Source of the DNA: Thermoanaerobaculum sp. | GTDB taxonomy: Bacteria; Acidobacteriota; Thermoanaerobaculia; Multivoradales; UBA5704 | DNA length: 64,000 bases | NCBI GenBank assembly: GCA_021154885.1 | Contig: JAJKHS010000091.1 | Span: 9,089 to 73,088 of the forward strand | Direction of reading: 5' to 3' | Part shown: positions 59,001-64,000 of the stretch, one piece after another | How positions within the stretch are numbered: the stretch's first letter is position 1 | Layout of the letters: every line of letters begins with the position of its first letter | Notes under the pieces: model-generated | Told to the model about the DNA's origin: nothing | Database searches by the model: none | The model's input: the letters and a program-made list of their open reading frames with translations, nothing else | Position numbers and translations under genes: made by a program

Positions 59001-59095
59001 GCCTCAATCCCCCGAAGGGTCCCGCCCTCTTTGTGACCTTCTTTCGAAGGAGGGAATGTTCCATGCGTAGCAAGGTCTCAATCCCCCGAAGGGTC
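59001..59095 (-). CRISPR. Probable CRISPR remnant / mini-array (one full repeat, one partial repeat, one 37-nt spacer)
   Basis: G(C/T)CTCAATCCCCCGAAGGGTC at 59001 and 59075 (74-nt period); minus-strand repeat GTCACAAAGAGGGCGGGACCCTTCGGGGGATTGAG(A/G)C ends in an ATTGAAAC-like handle. Confidence 0.45.
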
Positions 59096-59355
59096 TCCAC
59101 GAGAGTGAAGTCCATCAGTTGTCAAAGACCAGGTTCAATTCCACCGCATCCGGCGGTCGGGTTCTACCCACGTCCAACAGGAGCTCGGCTCCGGTGCGGG
59201 CGGAGTCGTCCTTCACGACCGAGGACGGACCCGCTGGCGCCAGTCCCGATCTGCGCCTGTGCTAGACTGCTTCTCAGCCTAAATCCCTAACCTGGGTCCT
59301 GACGTCGGTGCTCTACGGCCGGCCCCGGAGCGGGAGTGCGTTACGGGGTCGACCC

Positions 59356-60999
59356 ATGGAATTCTCCGCCAGCTCTTCGCCCAGCCTTCAGGTCCTCCCG
59401 GACCGCCGCGGGACCACCCAGGCCGCCCCCTTCGAGCGCGCCCTGGGGACGTTCGCCGTCCGCCGCTATGGCGCCGCCGTGGCGCTGGTGCTGATGCTCA
59501 TGGCCACCAACGTCTTCGCCGGGCTGGGCTCGGTCAGCATCAACGACTCGGACGAGGCGCGCTATGGCGTCTCCGCCTGGGAGATGCTCCAGCACCGGTC
59601 GTTCATCGTCACCACCTATGCGGGGGAGCCGGAGTACTGGAACCTGAAGCCGCCGCTGGGCTACTGGCTGATCGCGCTCTCGTTCTGGATCTTCGGTCCC
59701 ACGACCTTCGCGCTGCGCCTCCCCGCGGCCCTCTGCGCGCTTGGGGCCGTCGCCCTCGCCGTGGACCTCAGCCGGCGTTGGTTCGGGCGCCGGGCGAGCC
59801 TGCTGACCGGCCTGTTCCTATCCACGGCCTACGGCTTCCTCACCAACCATGGCGCACGCAGCGGTGATCTCGACGCCGCCCTGACGCTCGTCCTGCTGGT
59901 GGCGACGCTCGAGGTGTCCTGCCTCGGCAAGTCGCCGTGGCGGGTGGTGTCCATGGGCTTCCTGCTGGGCCTGGGATTCCTGCTCAAGAGCTTCGCCATC
60001 CTCCCGCTGGTCGCCACGGCCGGGCTCTACGCCTTGTGGACCGGCTCCTGGCGGCGGCAGCGGCTCCTGCCCTGCGTTCTGGCGTTCCTGGCCTTCGCCC
60101 TGCCGGTGGCCATCTGGGCCGCCGCGCGCGTCCACGCCGACGGCTCGACCTACTTTCTCCAGCGCATGGTGCGGGAAGACCTCCTCGCCCGCTCGACGAC
60201 CATCATCGACAAGGTCACCTACTCGCCCTTCGGTTATGTCGGGACGCTGTTCGATCGTTTCGCCCCCTGGCCGCTGCTGATCCTCATCGCGGTGTTCCTC
60301 GCCGTCCGGGAGGAGCGCTTCCGCCTGCGCGTCCTCGGCCGCCGGCTGGCGCGGGGGCGGCTGCCGCTGGTGCTGCTCTGGGCCCTGGTGCCGCTCGTCC
60401 TCTTCTCCCTGTCGCGCACCCAGCACCACTGGTACCTCGATCCGAGCTACCCGGCCTGGGCCATGCTCGGCGCGCTGTCCGTGCTGGAGATCGTGCGCCG
60501 CACACCGCCAGCCCGCCGCCGGGCGGCGCTCCTCGCCTGCATCCTCGTGCCCTTAGGGCTGTGCGAGGTGCGCGTCCTCTACCGCGTGCTCCTCGCCGAG
60601 AGGACGCCGGAGTCGCAGCGTTTCCTCCTCTCGCTCGCCCAGCACCGGGTGGAGCTCGGGGGTGAGCTGTGGACCGGACGACTGCTGCATTCCGAGCGCT
60701 TCATCCTCGAGGTGATGGACGGCTTTCAGGTCAAAGAGGTCAGGCAGGACAGGTCCGTCCCTCCCTCAGGTCCCTATGAGGAGCCCTCGGTCCTGATTGC
60801 CAAGGCGACGCCCGGCCCGCGGCCCCAGCCGCAGCTCGGCTCCGGGATCTTCCTGGAGTCCAGGGACTACCTGCTGTTCCAGGGCGCGAACGACATCGCC
60901 GGGCGCGCCTCCTCGGTCCGCCCGCGCCCGCGCTCGCACCACTTCGGCCGCCGTCCGCGCCTGTGGCGGGGGCCGCGCAGCCGGGTTTTCCCCAGTTAG
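59356..60999 (+). CDS. ArnT/GT39-family membrane glycosyltransferase
   Basis: DEARY...EM, KPPL.YW, LRLP, D, LLKS; many TM helices. Confidence 0.88.
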   Translation: MEFSASSSPSLQVLPDRRGTTQAAPFERALGTFAVRRYGAAVALVLMLMATNVFAGLGSVSINDSDEARYGVSAWEMLQHRSFIVTTYAGEPEYWNLKPPLGYWLIALSFWIFGPTTFALRLPAALCALGAVALAVDLSRRWFGRRASLLTGLFLSTAYGFLTNHGARSGDLDAALTLVLLVATLEVSCLGKSPWRVVSMGFLLGLGFLLKSFAILPLVATAGLYALWTGSWRRQRLLPCVLAFLAFALPVAIWAAARVHADGSTYFLQRMVREDLLARSTTIIDKVTYSPFGYVGTLFDRFAPWPLLILIAVFLAVREERFRLRVLGRRLARGRLPLVLLWALVPLVLFSLSRTQHHWYLDPSYPAWAMLGALSVLEIVRRTPPARRRAALLACILVPLGLCEVRVLYRVLLAERTPESQRFLLSLAQHRVELGGELWTGRLLHSERFILEVMDGFQVKEVRQDRSVPPSGPYEEPSVLIAKATPGPRPQPQLGSGIFLESRDYLLFQGANDIAGRASSVRPRPRSHHFGRRPRLWRGPRSRVFPS

Positions 61000-61000
61000 G

Positions 61001-61179
61001 GGGTGTTTGGAAATGGTGTCAGTCCCGGGAAGAGGCGGTTCGGCGGAGGTCGTAGGGGCGCAATTCATTGCGCCCGCAGGGTCGGCGTCACCTCAGGGCG
61101 CAATGAATTGCGCCCCTACGACGCACGCGGAGCGTTTCGGATGGTGGACAGGCTGAAGCCGCAGATTTTCCAGACACCC
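61001..61179. mobile_element. MITE-like element enclosing a GTAG REP doublet (REPIN-like)
   Basis: Inverted ends GGGTGTTTGGAAA/TTTCCAGACACCC; AGTTAGG duplicated on both flanks; inner perfect 27-bp inverted pair at 61049-61122. Confidence 0.6.
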
Positions 61180-61201
61180 AGTTAGGCACCAGCCAGGCCC
61201 A

Positions 61202-61807
61202 TCAGCTCAAAAACTTCGCCAACGCGTCGGGATGGAGGTTCCAGCCCAGGAAGCCGGCGAAGCCGAGCACCACGCCGAAGCCGGCGAACACGATCGCGAG
61301 CCCCACCAGCCATCTCTTCCGGGTCAGCGCGCTGACGCCCAGTAGCGCGATGGCGATGCTGAGGGCGGCTTCGGACATGTCGAACTGGTCGTCGTGCACG
61401 TTCAGGCGGTCGTACTCCTTCTGAGCATCCTCCGCCTGCTTCTTGATGTCTTCCTTTTCCTTCTGATACTTCTTCACGCTCTGCGCGTAGAGGGCCAGTT
61501 CCTTGTCGAGCAAGGCCGCCGCCGGCGCCGGGAGGCCCGCGCTCATCTGTTTCTGCAGCGTGAGCTGATCGAGCACGCTCTCGGCGAGGTTCTGCTTCAT
61601 GCCTTTGGCCTGGTAATAGGACCAGTAGTCGACCGCCTTGGCCTGCTCCTGGGACATCGCCTGCACGATGTTGCCGTCTTTGATATTGCAGAGCGCCATG
61701 AAGGTCGCGATCAACGCGACCAGGATGGCGACGACGGAGTTGAGGGGATCCGAAGACTCCTTGGCTTTCTCCACGGCCTCGGAAATCGTCTCGTCGATCT
61801 CGCTCAT
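61202..61807 (-). CDS. DUF4337-like membrane protein
   Basis: TM - D.WSYYQAK..KQ - coiled coil - LT.KRW two-TM architecture. Confidence 0.75.
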   Translation of the reverse strand: MSEIDETISEAVEKAKESSDPLNSVVAILVALIATFMALCNIKDGNIVQAMSQEQAKAVDYWSYYQAKGMKQNLAESVLDQLTLQKQMSAGLPAPAAALLDKELALYAQSVKKYQKEKEDIKKQAEDAQKEYDRLNVHDDQFDMSEAALSIAIALLGVSALTRKRWLVGLAIVFAGFGVVLGFAGFLGWNLHPDALAKFLS

Positions 61808-61947
61808 CGGGACACTTTCCTTCCTTGCAGAAATGGATTTGGAGCTGCGGGCATCAAGGTAAGCCAGCTCCGCGGTCGCCGTCAACACGACCGCTCGGTG
61901 CTCCGGACGTCAGAGCGATATACTGGAAGCGTCGCAAGGAGGTTTGC

Positions 61948-63648
61948 ATGAAGAGGATGTTCCTGTCTGCTGTCTGCCTGGTCGGCGCCGTGGCGCTCGG
62001 TTCAGCGCTGGCCTGGGCACAGCCGAAACAGCAGAAGACGCCGCCCAAGTCCCAGGAGTCGCCGATCTTCGGCGAGACGATCGACGTGCGGGTGGTCAAC
62101 GTCGAAGCGGTGGTCACCGACAAGGACGGCAACCGCGTCACCGGCCTCAAGCCCACCGATTTCCGTCTGAAGGTGGACGGCAAGGAGGTGCCGGTCACCT
62201 ACTTCTCCGAGATCGCCGGCGGCCAGGCCGCCGCCCCTCCCGCAGCGGCGGCCCCGGCCGCGGGAGCCCCGGCCGTCGCTCCGGCCGTGCCGGGGGTGGA
62301 GCCGGGCGGGGCCGTGGGCACCAGCTATCTCGTCTTCGTCGACGACTACTTCCCCGTCGAAGTCCGGCGCAACGAGGTGCTCAAGGCGCTCAAGAACGAC
62401 CTCGCCCGCCTGGGTCCGGAGGACCGCATGGCGATCGTCGCCTATGACGGCGGCCATCTCACCATGGTCTCGAACTGGTCGCAGTCCCAGGCCGAGCTGG
62501 CCCGGGCTTTCGATCAGGCCATGGCGCGGCCGGCGCGGGGCCTCGACCGGATCACCGAGTTCCAGGTCTTCCAGCACGACCAGGGGTTCGCCTCGGGGAC
62601 CGCGGGGGACAATGCGCCCCTCGACCTCAATACCCGGATCGAGAATTCCGGCCTGAACATGGGGGCGCGGGCCTACGGCTCGACGCTCTTCCGCCAGATC
62701 GAGGGGGTGGTCAACGCCGCGGCGCGGACGCTGCGCACCTTCGCCGCGCCGCCCGGGCGCAAGGTCATGCTCCTGCTGGACGGCGGCTGGCCGTACTCGA
62801 TCCAGAGCTTCATCGCCGGCGACGCCCCCGTTTCCGCGTCGCGGGAGTTCAAGGACGGCGAGCCGCTCTTCCGCAACCTGACCAGCACGGCCAACCTGCT
62901 CGGCTACACCGTCTATCCGGTCGACGTGCCCGGGCTTCAGACCTCGGCCAACGATGCTTCGCTCGCCGGGTCCGTCGGCGCCGGCGCCGGGTCGCTCCGC
63001 GAGCAGGAGATCAAGGGCACCCTCGAGTTCGTGGCCAAGGAGACGGGCGGCAAGCCCCTGCGTTATGGCAACCGGCTGGTGGCCCTCACCGAGGCCGCGG
63101 CCGACACCCGCTCGTACTATTGGCTCGGCTTCTCCCCCACCTGGGAGCGCAACGACACTCGCCACAAGGTGGACGTCAGCGTCAACAAGCCGGGCCTCAA
63201 GGTGCGCTCGCGGGAGAGCTTCCTCGACCTGTCGAAAAAGACGGAGGTCTCGATGATGGTCGAGAGCGCCCTGCTCTTCGGCAACCTCCCGGGCAACGCC
63301 GCCCTGCCCATGCGGATCGGCACGCCGGTGAAAGCCAAGGGGGGCGGAACGGAGATCCCCATCACCCTGGGCCTGCCCGCCGACGTGGTGACGCTGGTGC
63401 AGGTGGGCAACAAGTACGCGGCCCATGCCGAGCTCCGCTTCGCAGCCTCGGACGACAAGGGCAGCGGCTCGGAGATTCCCGTCGTGCCGCTCGACATCTC
63501 GTCGGACCATCCCGCGAAGCCGGGCGGGTTCATCAAGTACGAGACCAAGCTCACTCTCAAGGGGAAGGCCAACCGTCTCGTGGCCACGGTCTACGATCCG
63601 GTGAGCGGCAAGCTGGCGACAGCCGAGACGAGCCTGGCCCTGCCGTGA
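61948..63648 (+). CDS. Secreted VWA-domain protein (acidobacterial type)
   Basis: Signal peptide, VNVEAVVTDKDGN.V.GL...DF, GRKV.LL..G, A.ETGG, YY.LGF. Confidence 0.85.
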   Translation: MKRMFLSAVCLVGAVALGSALAWAQPKQQKTPPKSQESPIFGETIDVRVVNVEAVVTDKDGNRVTGLKPTDFRLKVDGKEVPVTYFSEIAGGQAAAPPAAAAPAAGAPAVAPAVPGVEPGGAVGTSYLVFVDDYFPVEVRRNEVLKALKNDLARLGPEDRMAIVAYDGGHLTMVSNWSQSQAELARAFDQAMARPARGLDRITEFQVFQHDQGFASGTAGDNAPLDLNTRIENSGLNMGARAYGSTLFRQIEGVVNAAARTLRTFAAPPGRKVMLLLDGGWPYSIQSFIAGDAPVSASREFKDGEPLFRNLTSTANLLGYTVYPVDVPGLQTSANDASLAGSVGAGAGSLREQEIKGTLEFVAKETGGKPLRYGNRLVALTEAAADTRSYYWLGFSPTWERNDTRHKVDVSVNKPGLKVRSRESFLDLSKKTEVSMMVESALLFGNLPGNAALPMRIGTPVKAKGGGTEIPITLGLPADVVTLVQVGNKYAAHAELRFAASDDKGSGSEIPVVPLDISSDHPAKPGGFIKYETKLTLKGKANRLVATVYDPVSGKLATAETSLALP

Positions 63649-64000
63649 AGCCGGGCGGCGGCCGCAAGCTGCGTTTCGGGGTGATCGGGGCGGGGGCCTT
63701 TGCCGAGGCCTGCCACGTCCCCGGTCTGCTGAGCCACCCGCGGGCCGAGGTGGTGGCGATCTGCGGCCGGCACCGCGAGCGGGCCCAGGCGCTCGCCGGC
63801 CGCTTCGGCATCCCCGCCGTCCACACCGACCCGGGCGAGTTGGTCGCCCGGGACGACCTTGACGGGGTCACCCTCTGCACTCCCAACGCCGCGCACCGCG
63901 AGCAGGCCCTGCTCGCCTTCGCCCACGGCAAGCACGTCTTCTGCGAAAAACCGCTGGGGCTCTCGGTGGCCGAAGCCGAGGAGATGGCCCGCGCCGCCGA
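63645..64000 (+). CDS. Gfo/Idh/MocA oxidoreductase, N-terminal part (runs off window)
   Basis: FGVIGAG, CTPN..H, GKHVFCEKP; GTGA overlap. Confidence 0.85.
   Translation, partial: MKPGGGRKLRFGVIGAGAFAEACHVPGLLSHPRAEVVAICGRHRERAQALAGRFGIPAVHTDPGELVARDDLDGVTLCTPNAAHREQALLAFAHGKHVFCEKPLGLSVAEAEEMARAA

Noticed and set aside
57466..59115. 549-aa minus-strand ORF spanning repeats and rlmN
   Set aside because: Antisense to rlmN and reads through non-coding repeats

Overview
High-GC bacterial chromosomal window. The gene repertoire (acidobacterial-type VWA protein, TPR-CHAT proteins, ELWxxDGT/SLH surface protein, KKLxLxRETL peptides) suggests Acidobacteriota, possibly Thermoanaerobaculia; this is inference. 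From left to right: the 3' end of HMG-CoA reductase, an ABC1/UbiB kinase, an AraC regulator and an ELWxxDGT-SLH protein; a lipid/PHA-granule-type block (patatin, phasin, PhaR-like regulator, paired ArsA/Get3-like ATPases); three tandem Cys/Thr-rich double-Gly RiPP-like precursors with no maturase nearby; hemB-hemL-glycine oxidase-ferredoxin; cbpA-clpB behind a HAIR operator; an accessory tract (about 20.2-29 kb) with two toxin-inactivated TA modules and two CHAT proteases; an EndoU nuclease with a YacL-like partner; housekeeping genes (second ABC1 kinase, CBS protein, pilT, oxidoreductase, tag); FG-GAP proteins; a copper-protein group; a defensin-like peptide; an Arn-like aminosugar transfer operon; a GNAT-PLP fusion; a second secreted Cys-rich peptide; an rlmN-like gene; a probable one-spacer CRISPR remnant; GT39, DUF4337 and VWA proteins. 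Several families of REP/MITE-like intergenic repeats occur. No rRNA, tRNA, transposase, integrase or cas gene was recognised. The best candidates for undescribed systems are the orphan RiPP triplet, the ArsA pair with phasin/PhaR/patatin, the defensin-like peptide, EndoU-YacL, the CHAT plus 2TM pair and the Arn-like operon. All calls come from reading motifs by eye; no database searches were run.
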